The notes: generated by a model from the sequence alone, not told the origin. A stretch of 55,735 nucleotides of DNA from Verrucomicrobiota bacterium (GCA_023265515.1 JAHFSZ010000005.1:1-55735), one strand, 5' to 3'. Counted from the first letter of the stretch, positions 1 through 8,429 are shown. Translations and numbers: made by a program.

Positions 1-1
1 G

Positions 2-214
2 ATCGTCGTTGGCGGCACCAATAGCAACAACACGCGCGAGCTAGCCGAGACCTGCCGGCTTCACTGTCCGAGGGTTTACCGGGTTGAGAGCGCAGTCGAA
101 TTGCGGGCTGAATGGTTTTCAGGCGCCAAAACCGCCGGCCTGACCGCTGGAACGTCGACCCCCGACGGGGTCATCGCTGAAGTTGAGCTGGCTTTGAAAA
201 AAGTCGCCGCATAA
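2..214 (+). CDS. ispH: 4-hydroxy-3-methylbut-2-enyl diphosphate reductase, C-terminal 70 aa (5'-truncated by the window edge)
   Basis: My translation from nt 2 reads IVVGGTNSNNTRELAETC...GLTAGTSTPDGVIAEV*, matching the IspH/LytB C-terminal motifs VVGGxNSSNT and G(V/L)TAGxSTP. Stop TAA at 212-214. Not listed in the ORF track. Confidence 0.9.
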   Translation: MVVGGTNSNNTRELAETCRLHCPRVYRVESAVELRAEWFSGAKTAGLTAGTSTPDGVIAEVELALKKVAA

Positions 215-234
215 AAATGAAAACCAACTAACCG

Positions 235-1839
235 ATGCGTGTTCTGCTCCTCAACCCGCCACATCCTGCCGTGGCAAGCCGCTGCCACAGGGGCCAGATG
301 CCGCCAGCCGGCCACCTTGCAGTGGGCGGGCCTCTGATCGATTCCGGGCACCAAGTTCGACTGATTGATGCGGAGACCGGCCCGCTTTCAATATCCCAAG
401 CCGTTGCCGCTGCGACTTCATGGGCGCCGGACGTCGTCCTTGTTGGCCACTCGGGCTCTACCTCAGCTCACCCGACCATTGCTGAACTGGCTCGCGCGTT
501 AAAGATGGCGAACCCCCGCGTTCCGATTGTCTATGGCGGATTGTATCCCAGTTACCACGCGGAGGAGGTTCTATCCAACCATCACGAGATCGACGTCATT
601 ATCCGCGGCGAAGGCGAGGACACGACACGTCGGCTTGTCGCTGCTCTCGAATCAGGCGATTGCCTCAGCACGGTAAATGGAATCGCCTACCGTGATCACG
701 GCGTGCCACGCTTGACTGCCCCCGCACTCACCATTCAAAACCTCGATGCTTTTCGCGTTGGCTGGGAATTGATCGAGAACTGGGACGACTACCAATATTG
801 GGGCGCCGGCCGCGCTGCGGTAATCCAATTTTCACGCGGCTGCCCACACCGCTGCAGCTACTGCGGCCAACGCGGCTTTTGGACCCGCTGGCGCTATCGT
901 GATCCTCACAAGGTCGCGGCACAGATCGGGTGGCTTTACCGCACACACCGGGTCGGCTTCGTCGATCTGGCCGATGAAAATCCAACCACCTTGCCGCGGC
1001 TTTGGCGGACCTTCCTGGAGGCGCTCATCTCGCAGAATGTCCCGGTTCAGCTCGTCGGAACCATGCGGGCGAGCGACATTGTTCGAGACGCGGAGTTCCT
1101 GCATCTTTACAAGAAAGCCGGCTTCTCCCGCATCCTCATGGGCATGGAGAGCACCGATCCTGACACTCTCATGAAAATCCGGAAGGATGCCACAACCACG
1201 ACAGATCGCGAGGCAATCAAACTCCTGCGTCAGCACGATATCCTTTCCCAAGCCGCATATGTCGTCGGGTTCGAGGAAGAGACGGACCGCCAGTTTCTCC
1301 ACGGACTGCGGCAGCTCTTGTTATATGATCCCGACCAGGTCAATGCGATGTACGTCACGCCTCACCGCTGGACACCGTTTTACCGCGAGAGCGCCGGACG
1401 CCGAGTCGTTGAGCTGGACAAAAGCCGGTGGGACTATCGCCACCAGGTACTGGGCACCAGGATTCCTTCCTGGCGAGTGTTCCTCTGGGTAAAGCTGACC
1501 GAGGCCATTTTGCAGCTCCGTCCTCGCGCCTTGTGGCGGGTGATCGCGCATCGCGATCTCAAAATCCGCAGGGCGCTCCGATGGTGCTACGGCGTTGGCG
1601 CGCGCGCCTGGCTCTTTGAGATGCGCTCGTTCCTGCGTCCGCGGCGGCGTCAGCGTTCGCCCCGTCAAGTGACCCTTGCGCAGTTCTGGGGCGCACCGGG
1701 AGACGCTCATGAAGAAGCCTTGAGACCTGCGGAACGCCCCGCTCGCTCCCATGTTGCGGGCGCCTCTAAAACAGGTTACAATCCCGTGTTGATGAAAATC
1801 GGAACTCCCGTTCCCACCGTGCAGGTTTCGAGCGCATGA
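235..1839 (+). CDS. Cobalamin-binding (class B) radical SAM protein, BchE/HpnP-like superfamily; substrate unknown
   Basis: N-terminal B12-binding Rossmann domain (LLNPPH..MPPAG; PDVVLVG; PIVYGGLYPS) followed by the CxxxCxxC motif RGCPHRCSYC, then DLADEN and RILMGMES. Confidence 0.88.
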   Translation: MRVLLLNPPHPAVASRCHRGQMPPAGHLAVGGPLIDSGHQVRLIDAETGPLSISQAVAAATSWAPDVVLVGHSGSTSAHPTIAELARALKMANPRVPIVYGGLYPSYHAEEVLSNHHEIDVIIRGEGEDTTRRLVAALESGDCLSTVNGIAYRDHGVPRLTAPALTIQNLDAFRVGWELIENWDDYQYWGAGRAAVIQFSRGCPHRCSYCGQRGFWTRWRYRDPHKVAAQIGWLYRTHRVGFVDLADENPTTLPRLWRTFLEALISQNVPVQLVGTMRASDIVRDAEFLHLYKKAGFSRILMGMESTDPDTLMKIRKDATTTTDREAIKLLRQHDILSQAAYVVGFEEETDRQFLHGLRQLLLYDPDQVNAMYVTPHRWTPFYRESAGRRVVELDKSRWDYRHQVLGTRIPSWRVFLWVKLTEAILQLRPRALWRVIAHRDLKIRRALRWCYGVGARAWLFEMRSFLRPRRRQRSPRQVTLAQFWGAPGDAHEEALRPAERPARSHVAGASKTGYNPVLMKIGTPVPTVQVSSA

Positions 1840-2501
1840 TCGCACGGCACATCCATCACGCGCTTGCGCAGGTCCAGGAGCTGCAGCACCAGCTTCTAGA
1901 AAAGCAACGGTTCAAGGGCTACTCGGGACGCGCCCGGGCGGCGACCGGATGCCTGGCGCTGCTGGCAGCCATCGTGATGTCCGCGGATTCGTTTCCCCAG
2001 AAGGCATCATGGCACGCCGTTGGATGGGGCATTGTGTTTCTACTTGGCGCAGCGATCAACTTCGGCGCGCTGATCTATTGGTTCTTCACCGATCCGGATG
2101 ATATTTCGCGCGGAAAAACCGCGGGACGTGATGTGAGGCGCCTCAAACCGCTGATCGACGCATTCGGCCCGCTTTTCGTCGGCGCGGTTCTGACGTTCGT
2201 GTTTCTTTACGAAGGCCAGCACCGGCTGCTGCCCGGGATGTGGATGTGTCTTTTCGGGCTGGCGAACCTGGCGTCACGCCACGTGCTGCCCCGCGCCATT
2301 TTCCTGGTGGGACTCTTCTATATTATCTGCGGCACCGCCTGCCTGCTCTGCCCGGACATTTCATTCACCGATCCCTGGCCGACCGGCATCGTTTTTTTTG
2401 TGGGTGAATGGGCGGGCGGCTGGATCCTTCATTACGACAACGTCACCAACGCCTCGTTCAACCAGTTGATCGGGCGTCTGTTGGGAAGAGAGGAGCCATG
2501 A
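1836..2501 (+). CDS. Multi-pass (~6 TM) integral membrane protein, function unknown
   Basis: Several hydrophobic segments; ATGA overlap with the radical SAM stop. Confidence 0.75.
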   Translation: MIARHIHHALAQVQELQHQLLEKQRFKGYSGRARAATGCLALLAAIVMSADSFPQKASWHAVGWGIVFLLGAAINFGALIYWFFTDPDDISRGKTAGRDVRRLKPLIDAFGPLFVGAVLTFVFLYEGQHRLLPGMWMCLFGLANLASRHVLPRAIFLVGLFYIICGTACLLCPDISFTDPWPTGIVFFVGEWAGGWILHYDNVTNASFNQLIGRLLGREEP

Positions 2502-2884
2502 GCGATAAAAGTGAAAATCCTTATGAGGCCCTGGAGAAGATTTTTCACGAGCCAAACCGGCTCGCGATCATGTCGGCGCTCTGCCGCTCGAGCCATGGGC
2601 TCACCTTCAATGATTTGAAGGAGGAGTGCAGCCTGACCGATGGCAACCTGAGCCGGCACCTGAAGGCGCTGGAGGAGGCCGGCGCAATTGCCATCAAGAA
2701 AACCTTTGTCGGCGTCAAACCGCAGACCACCGCGCTGTTGTCTGCGAGGGGGCGGCAGAACTTCCTGGACTATCTGAAGGCGCTGGAAGAAGTCCTCAAA
2801 AAGGCCGCCGAGGCGATCGGGCCGGAAAAAAAGGAAGCCCGCCATCCACTGCGCCTCGGAAAAACTGCACGAGCCAAATCATAG
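2498..2884 (+). CDS. Winged-helix (ArsR/MarR-like) transcriptional regulator
   Basis: IFHEPNRLAIMSAL...LTFNDLKEECSLTDGNLSRHLKALEEAG motif. ATG at 2498 overlaps the upstream TGA and follows an AGGAG RBS. Confidence 0.88.
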   Translation: MSDKSENPYEALEKIFHEPNRLAIMSALCRSSHGLTFNDLKEECSLTDGNLSRHLKALEEAGAIAIKKTFVGVKPQTTALLSARGRQNFLDYLKALEEVLKKAAEAIGPEKKEARHPLRLGKTARAKS

Positions 2885-2890
2885 GATCCC

Positions 2891-4138
2891 ATGAAATGGC
2901 AGCGGACCGCTGGAAAGAATCTGTCGAATCCCCGACAAATGAATTCCAAAGACCGGGTCCGCCGCCTCGCACGCCCTGGCATCGCCCTTCTCCTTTTCCT
3001 CGCCGGGGTCTGGTTGATCCCTCACCGGTGGTGTTCGCGGGATTCCGGCGACTGGTACCGGGGCGACCCGGCAGTCCAGAAAAAACTGGCCGCCGGAGTG
3101 GAGCAATGGATCATCAAAGATCTTCAGCGCGACAACTATTCCACGGGCAACCGTCAGTTCAACGGCGAATGGCTCTTCGGAACCTACCTGATGGCCGGCC
3201 TGGGTTACGGCCAGACAGCCCTCGAGCATCCTGAATGGAGGACCCGCCATCTCCAGCTGATGGAACATTGCATCGACCGGATACTGACCCCGGGGGTCCG
3301 GGCCTTCGACCGGGAAAGCTGGCGCAACGATCCCATCGACTCGCTGGACGAGGACTCCGATCATGCTGCGTATCTGGGATACTTCAATCTCCTTCTGAGC
3401 CTCCACCGTCTTCTTGAACCCAAGTCTAAATACTCACAACTCAACGACCGGATCACGGAGGCTCTTTGCCGGCGCATTCACAACAGCCGGACGGGTCTCC
3501 TATCCACCTATCCGGGAGAAACGTACCCGGTAGACAACTGTGCGGTGATTGCGTCGATCGGACTCCACGACCGGGCGACCGGAACGAATCACCGCGAACT
3601 GCTTATGGCATGGGAAGCGCGACTCCGTGAAAAATACATCGACCCCACGTCAGGGCTGCTCTTCCAAGCCGTGGACTCGCTCGACGGCTCGCCGATCGAC
3701 GCCCCGCGTGGATCGGGGACGACGCTTGGCGCCTACCTGCTGTCATTTTCCCATCCGGGTCTTTCGCGGGAGCTTCATATGGCCGTAAAACGGCAGCTAT
3801 TCCGGACATGCCTCGGATTCGGCGCGGTGCGCGAATATCCCGTCTCGTTCTCGCGCGGACGGGGCGACATCGATTCGGGTCCCGTGCTCTTCGGCATCGG
3901 AATTTCACCGACGGGTTTCCTGGTTTCCACTTCAAGAATCTTCGGGGATCGATCCATGTTTTCCGACCTCTACGGGACAGTCGATCTCTTTGGCGCGCCC
4001 TTGGATGGCAACAACGGGCTCACGTTCGTGACGGGGGGACCGATCGGAAACGCCATCATGTTTGCGATGCTCACGGCCCAGCCGGAGGACGGACGGACGG
4101 ACGAAGCGCGTCCTTTGAGCGCCGGGGAGGGCTCATGA
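2891..4138 (+). CDS. Linalool dehydratase/isomerase-like (alpha/alpha)6-barrel protein A, N-terminal membrane anchor/signal
   Basis: The segment YLGYFNLLLSLHRLLEPKSKY...TYPGETYPVDNCAV...LHDRATGTNH...IDPTSGLLF parallels LinD (YKGHLNLMYGLYQLV...CEPDNYFVQCNSVA...YDRLHGTDY...IDPERGAFY, recalled from memory). Clear paralog of the next gene. Confidence 0.72.
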   Translation: MKWQRTAGKNLSNPRQMNSKDRVRRLARPGIALLLFLAGVWLIPHRWCSRDSGDWYRGDPAVQKKLAAGVEQWIIKDLQRDNYSTGNRQFNGEWLFGTYLMAGLGYGQTALEHPEWRTRHLQLMEHCIDRILTPGVRAFDRESWRNDPIDSLDEDSDHAAYLGYFNLLLSLHRLLEPKSKYSQLNDRITEALCRRIHNSRTGLLSTYPGETYPVDNCAVIASIGLHDRATGTNHRELLMAWEARLREKYIDPTSGLLFQAVDSLDGSPIDAPRGSGTTLGAYLLSFSHPGLSRELHMAVKRQLFRTCLGFGAVREYPVSFSRGRGDIDSGPVLFGIGISPTGFLVSTSRIFGDRSMFSDLYGTVDLFGAPLDGNNGLTFVTGGPIGNAIMFAMLTAQPEDGRTDEARPLSAGEGS

Positions 4139-5331
4139 AGCACGCTGTCCTTCTCCGGGCCCTCGGGTCCTTGATCGCATTGGGCGCCGCCGCGGCCATT
4201 TGGTTTCCGGCCATGCATTTGTTTTTTCGCCCCAACATGGATGATTACTTCGCCGTCAAGAGCGGCATTTCGCCGAAAGCCAGGGCAATCGCCGCCTACC
4301 AGCTCGATCTCTGGAAAGACCCGGGAAAACGCACCCGCGAGGTCGCGCGGATGCGAACAAGCAACGCCGAGTGGGATTTCATGGGCCGGACCTTTCTGGT
4401 TCTCTCGCTCGCGAACATGGCCCTGCACGAGCCGGACCGCCAGGAGGAGTATCTTAAAGTCATGGACCGAATCATCGAGGAAACCATCCGGTTCGAGAAC
4501 GACAAGGGCATCTATTTTTTCCTGATGGATTATGCCAGGGAGGGTAAATTCAGCTCGGACCAGCCCGCCAGCATCTTCATTGACGGCGAGACCGCCCTCA
4601 TGCTTGGCGCCCGCCGGATGGTCCGTGAGCGGACGGATTACAAGCCGATGATGAAGCAGCGGATCGACCGCCTGGTCAAGATGATGACCAAAGGTCCCGT
4701 GCTTTGCGCGGAGAGCTACCCGAATGAATGCTGGATGTTCTGCAATACGGTCGCCCTGGCAACGCTCCGGATTTCCGACGTCCTGGACGGTTCCGACCAT
4801 TCGGCATTCCTGAAAAAATGGGTCGCGACGGCAAAAACCAAGCTGATCGATGTCAAAAGCGGCCTGCTTTTTTCCAGTTTCGGCCTTGACGGAACTCCCC
4901 TCGACGGACCGGAAGGCTCGTCCATCTGGATGGTATCGCATTGCCTGCAAATCGTGGACCCGTCCTTCGCCAATGACCAGTACGCCAGAGCGCGGAAGGA
5001 ACTCGCAACAACGGTCTTTGGCTTTGGCTACGCCAAGGAATGGCCGGCCTGCTGGCGCGGCTCCCCCGACATCGATTCGGGGCCGATCGTGCCGGTATTG
5101 GATGCGAGCGCGGGCTCGAGCGGCTTGGCGCTCATCGGGGCAAGCGCCTTCAAGGATTCGGTCTACCTAAAGGCGTTGATCACGTCGCTCAACTTCGCGG
5201 CCTTTCCCAATAAACAGAACAACACCCTCCGCTACTGTGCAAGCAACCAGGTCGGCGATGCGGTCATTCTCTATTCCCTGGTCAACGGACCTCTCTGGGA
5301 CAAGGTGTTGCGCGCCAAGAAGGCATCATGA
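4135..5331 (+). CDS. Linalool dehydratase/isomerase-like (alpha/alpha)6-barrel protein B, N-terminal membrane anchor/signal
   Basis: ATGA overlap at 4135-4138 and hydrophobic N-terminus. ESYPNECWMFCNTVA...LDGSDH...LIDVKSGLL motif. Shares GFG...E(Y/W)P...DIDSGP with protein A. Confidence 0.72.
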   Translation: MKHAVLLRALGSLIALGAAAAIWFPAMHLFFRPNMDDYFAVKSGISPKARAIAAYQLDLWKDPGKRTREVARMRTSNAEWDFMGRTFLVLSLANMALHEPDRQEEYLKVMDRIIEETIRFENDKGIYFFLMDYAREGKFSSDQPASIFIDGETALMLGARRMVRERTDYKPMMKQRIDRLVKMMTKGPVLCAESYPNECWMFCNTVALATLRISDVLDGSDHSAFLKKWVATAKTKLIDVKSGLLFSSFGLDGTPLDGPEGSSIWMVSHCLQIVDPSFANDQYARARKELATTVFGFGYAKEWPACWRGSPDIDSGPIVPVLDASAGSSGLALIGASAFKDSVYLKALITSLNFAAFPNKQNNTLRYCASNQVGDAVILYSLVNGPLWDKVLRAKKAS

Positions 5332-5332
5332 C

Positions 5333-5680
5333 ATGAACCCCATTCAACCACGCGCCCACTGGCTGGACCGCATGTTTTCCCCGCACATGCTTCTTCGACG
5401 CGCCGTGATGTTAAGCCTTGTCTTTCTGCTCTGCGAAGTCGCCGGGCTCAGGGTTTACACATGCATCCTTTGCGGAACTTCGCCGGACGGTCAGCCGGTC
5501 GGCGTTTTGGCTGTCTTCCTCACCGGTTTCTACCTTTTCTTCTACTTTGCGTTCATCTGCGCAGTCCCCGTTCTCCTCCTGGCATCCCTCATTCTCCTAA
5601 CAACGAAAAGACTATCGAAAATCTCGAAAACTTCCACGGAGACGGACCATGAGAAACAAGATATCAACTCTGTTCGTTGA
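5333..5680 (+). CDS. Small 2-TM membrane protein, hypothetical
   Basis: ATG 1 nt after the upstream stop; two long hydrophobic stretches. Confidence 0.65.
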   Translation: MNPIQPRAHWLDRMFSPHMLLRRAVMLSLVFLLCEVAGLRVYTCILCGTSPDGQPVGVLAVFLTGFYLFFYFAFICAVPVLLLASLILLTTKRLSKISKTSTETDHEKQDINSVR

Positions 5681-5960
5681 AACCGGCCTACTCCTCTTGA
5701 TTCACTTCGTTTTGATCAACTGGATGGCGGAGGATAACCCGGTTGCCAGAATTTTGGCGCTGGGGGAGCATACGCCCTTATGGGTGTCGACGCTCTGCGT
5801 GATTTTCCTGGGAGTCAGAATCCTGCTCCTCGTCCTGCTTCCGGGCATCATCGCGCTACGGCTTGGAATGATCCTTTTCGACCAGCTCGGAAGGCAACGA
5901 CCGGAGCCGGTTCCCGAGACAGCCCCTACTCAGGGCTCCACTTCTGCTTCCGCTCAGTGA
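5649..5960 (+). CDS. Small 2-TM membrane protein, hypothetical
   Basis: Overlaps the previous gene, two hydrophobic stretches; last gene of the operon. Confidence 0.6.
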   Translation: MRNKISTLFVETGLLLLIHFVLINWMAEDNPVARILALGEHTPLWVSTLCVIFLGVRILLLVLLPGIIALRLGMILFDQLGRQRPEPVPETAPTQGSTSASAQ

Positions 5961-6303
5961 TGAGCCGCTGATATTTCTCTTTCTGATCGTCACTCAAGAG
6001 CTGCATCACACGGTGGTCGAAGTCATCGACGATCTTGACGAAACGCGGCTGTGCTTCGCCGCGCAGAGTTTGAAGCTGCGCGTGGGAATCCATGATGATT
6101 TCATGGAGCTTGGCCTTCTGCTGTTCGTCCATGCCCAGCTTGCCCGTGATCCGCTTTTCGATCCGGTCACGGACCCACTCCGGGTTCGCGGCAGCTTGCC
6201 GGATGAAATGGATCGTCATCCGGTGGCCGGCGATGACGCCGACCAGCGCTCCCGCGAGGAAGATTGCCGCCACCCACAACCATGCTTTCCATCGATTCAT
6301 CAT
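5926..6303 (-). CDS. Spy/CpxP/ZraP-like periplasmic helical protein (heavy-metal sensor-like)
   Basis: N-terminal TM (WLWVAAIFLAGALVG), then KLGMDEQQKAKL...LLSDDQKEKY (LTxxQ-like repeats). Start moved to MMNRW. Confidence 0.7.
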   Translation of the reverse strand: MMNRWKAWLWVAAIFLAGALVGVIAGHRMTIHFIRQAAANPEWVRDRIEKRITGKLGMDEQQKAKLHEIIMDSHAQLQTLRGEAQPRFVKIVDDFDHRVMQLLSDDQKEKYQRLITERKQKWSPE

Positions 6304-6320
6304 GATCTTGTTCGCTTTCT

Positions 6321-6611
6321 CTATGAGTAAAAAGTCCAGAACCACGGGTCCGTCAGCTTCGTCCAATCCTGGGCCGCGCCCCAGTCGCCGCCGAACAGGA
6401 GCCAGTCGCCGCAGGCTAGAAGAATAACCGCCGCCATCGCCGGCGCCAGGAACTGGCGGGCCGCGATCGCGATCAATTCAAAAGGCGATGACGTCTCCAC
6501 TTTCACGCCAGCAATCGCCGAAACAACGCGGCTTACAAATGTGTTCGAGGGAACCGGAGACTCTTCCCCGCGCGCCGCCTCGAACAATTTTTTCAGTTTA
6601 TCATCACTCAT
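6321..6611 (-). CDS. Putative anti-sigma factor-like single-TM protein
   Basis: Directly downstream of an ECF sigma; short N-terminal helix plus one TM. Confidence 0.6.
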   Translation of the reverse strand: MSDDKLKKLFEAARGEESPVPSNTFVSRVVSAIAGVKVETSSPFELIAIAARQFLAPAMAAVILLACGDWLLFGGDWGAAQDWTKLTDPWFWTFYS

Positions 6612-6635
6612 GGCACATCCATTCTGAAATCCTCT

Positions 6636-7205
6636 TCAATAACAGGATCGTTCATGGCCCATCCGCTCCAAAATTTTCTTCAACTTGGCTCGCGCCCGGT
6701 GGGCCCGGACGCGGACCGCGACGCCTGACCAGCCTGTCATGCGCCGGATCTCCTCGACGCTCCGCTCCTCGATCTCGAGAAGCGTGATCACGATGCGGTC
6801 CTCCGGTGAAAGTTTCGACAGGGCCAGCCCAAGCACCTCGCGCGCGTCGCGCACTCCGATCTCAGAAGGCCGGTCGCTCCGCAGCCAGTCGAGAACCGAA
6901 TCGCCGAGCGAGGAAAAGGGAACTTCCTGTCGCAGGCGTTTCTGTTTTCGCAAATGATCGAGCGCGGTGCGGACGGCAATCCGGGAAATCCAGTGCTCGA
7001 AGGGCGCGCGGCCGTCGAACTGGGCGAAGGCCCGCCATGCCTTGATGAAAGTCTGCTGGGCGAGGTCCTCCACGCGTTGGATGTCGCGCTCGTAGCGCCC
7101 CAGGATCGCGAAAACCCTCCGCTGGTGCCGCTGGACCAACTCTCCGAAGGCATCCGTTGAGCCTTGGCGGACTTCTTCGATGATTTCATGCTCATCCTCG
7201 CTCAT
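6636..7205 (-). CDS. ECF-family RNA polymerase sigma factor (sigma70 region 2 + region 4)
   Basis: DAFGELVQRHQRRVF, EDLAQQTFIKAWR, FEHWISRIAVRTALDHLRK, LSKLSPEDRIVITL..., GVAVRVRAHRARAKL. Confidence 0.92.
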   Translation of the reverse strand: MSEDEHEIIEEVRQGSTDAFGELVQRHQRRVFAILGRYERDIQRVEDLAQQTFIKAWRAFAQFDGRAPFEHWISRIAVRTALDHLRKQKRLRQEVPFSSLGDSVLDWLRSDRPSEIGVRDAREVLGLALSKLSPEDRIVITLLEIEERSVEEIRRMTGWSGVAVRVRAHRARAKLKKILERMGHERSCY

Positions 7206-7211
7206 TCACGG

Positions 7212-7303
7212 CGTGGTTCGTGGATCGTGAATCGTGGATCGAAGCCGCCCGTGGTTTGCTGTCACTCTTCTTACGAACCACGAAACCCGAATCACGATCC
7301 CCG
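7212..7303. repeat. Degenerate heptamer tandem repeats in inverted arrangement (hairpin-forming)
   Basis: cgtggtt-cgtggat-cgtgaat-cgtggat (7212-7239) faces cgaacca-cgaaacc-cgaatca-cgatccc (7274-7301). Confidence 0.7.
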
Positions 7304-7306
7304 AGT

Positions 7307-7804
7307 TCAGTCATTGAGCGCAGGATGGCTTCCAACATTCTTGAGGAACCAGTCGATGTTGTCATCGATCCGTTTCTGGAACTCCGTGACCTTGTCGTGC
7401 TGCTCCTTGGTCAGGATCGGGCTGATTTTGGCATAAACTTTGGCCCTTTCAACAGCCAAATCCGATTCGATGGCCGCCACCTTCGCGGACGCCGCGCGGA
7501 CCGCCCTCTCGTCAACCTTGCCGTTGGACGATTGCTGAATCACACCGCGCATCTCGACGCGGGCCTGGTGCAGGTCCGACAACTTGGACAGAACGACATC
7601 CTTCTCCTCATTGCGGACTTTCTTGATTTGCGCGACCTGATCCTCGTTGAGGTCGAGTTTTTCCGCGATGCGCTGGGCGATCAAGCCGTGAAACCGGCCC
7701 GATCCCAGGGCACCCGTCTTGGCGGCCTGCGACTCATAGACGAAAGCGCCGCCCGCCATCAACAGCACGGCGGCGGCGATCCATGTTATTCTTCGTGTTT
7801 TCAT
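7307..7804 (-). CDS. Spy/CpxP family periplasmic chaperone
   Basis: Signal peptide, KLDLNEDQ and ILTKEQ (LTxxQ) motifs. Confidence 0.85.
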   Translation of the reverse strand: MKTRRITWIAAAVLLMAGGAFVYESQAAKTGALGSGRFHGLIAQRIAEKLDLNEDQVAQIKKVRNEEKDVVLSKLSDLHQARVEMRGVIQQSSNGKVDERAVRAASAKVAAIESDLAVERAKVYAKISPILTKEQHDKVTEFQKRIDDNIDWFLKNVGSHPALND

Positions 7805-7813
7805 ACCATTCCA

Positions 7814-7840
7814 GACGTGGAAAACCGCGATAACGTTACA
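7814..7840 (-). promoter_or_regulatory. Putative ECF-sigma promoter (-35 TGTAAC, 17-nt spacer, -10 CGTC)
   Basis: Minus strand reads TGTAAC-gttatcgcggttttcca-CGTC, ending 9 nt before the spy ATG, at the head of the operon that encodes an ECF sigma. Confidence 0.5.
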
Positions 7841-7896
7841 CCCATTGGCCGCGATTCCTCTTTGCGAATCGTCGTTTTTTAATTACGATCCGAGGG

Positions 7897-8304
7897 ATGG
7901 CGCAGGTCGACCAGGACCAGGAGCATTTGAAACTCCTTTCCATTTTCCATTACGTGGTTGGATGCGTTGCCGGCCTCTTTGCCTGCTTTCCCGTCATCCA
8001 TGTCGTGATGGGCCTCATGATCGCCCTGAATCCCGGCAGTTTTGGAGGCCATCGAGGAGACGAACCTCCGGCATTGTTCGGATGGCTTTTCGTCATTTTT
8101 GGCGGCGTATTCATTTTAATTGGCTGGAGCTTCGCGGCGACCATCATTCTGGGCGGCCGCTTCATCGCCCAACGGAAGCACTACACAGCCTGCGTCATCA
8201 TCGCCGCGATCGCCTGCGTTTTCTTTCCATTCGGGACTGCGCTGGGCGTCTTCACGCTGCTGGTCCTGCTGCGTCCGAGCGTGAAACCGCTTTTCACTTC
8301 CTGA
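7897..8304 (+). CDS. Conserved 3-4 TM membrane protein, hypothetical
   Basis: DQEHLKLLSIFHYVVG...FPFGTALGVFTLLVLLRPSVK pattern; hydrophobic segments. Confidence 0.75.
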   Translation: MAQVDQDQEHLKLLSIFHYVVGCVAGLFACFPVIHVVMGLMIALNPGSFGGHRGDEPPALFGWLFVIFGGVFILIGWSFAATIILGGRFIAQRKHYTACVIIAAIACVFFPFGTALGVFTLLVLLRPSVKPLFTS

Positions 8305-8429
8305 TTGCAGCGATGTCATGGTGACTATCGTCACACCCGCGCGTTGCACGGAATACCGGGCGCGCGAACATCCGGAAAAACCCGTCTAGCCAGCCGGCGG
8401 GCTTGGCCGCCACAGGCGGCTCAACCCTC

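Noticed and set aside
235-1839. Assigning the gene symbol bchE
   Set aside because: No bacteriochlorophyll context, and motif-level similarity cannot separate BchE from other class B radical SAM enzymes.
3808-4134. N-terminal extension of the 507-aa ORF in the track
   Set aside because: Overlaps gene A by 330 nt. The ATGA-coupled start at 4135, followed by a hydrophobic leader, is far more plausible.
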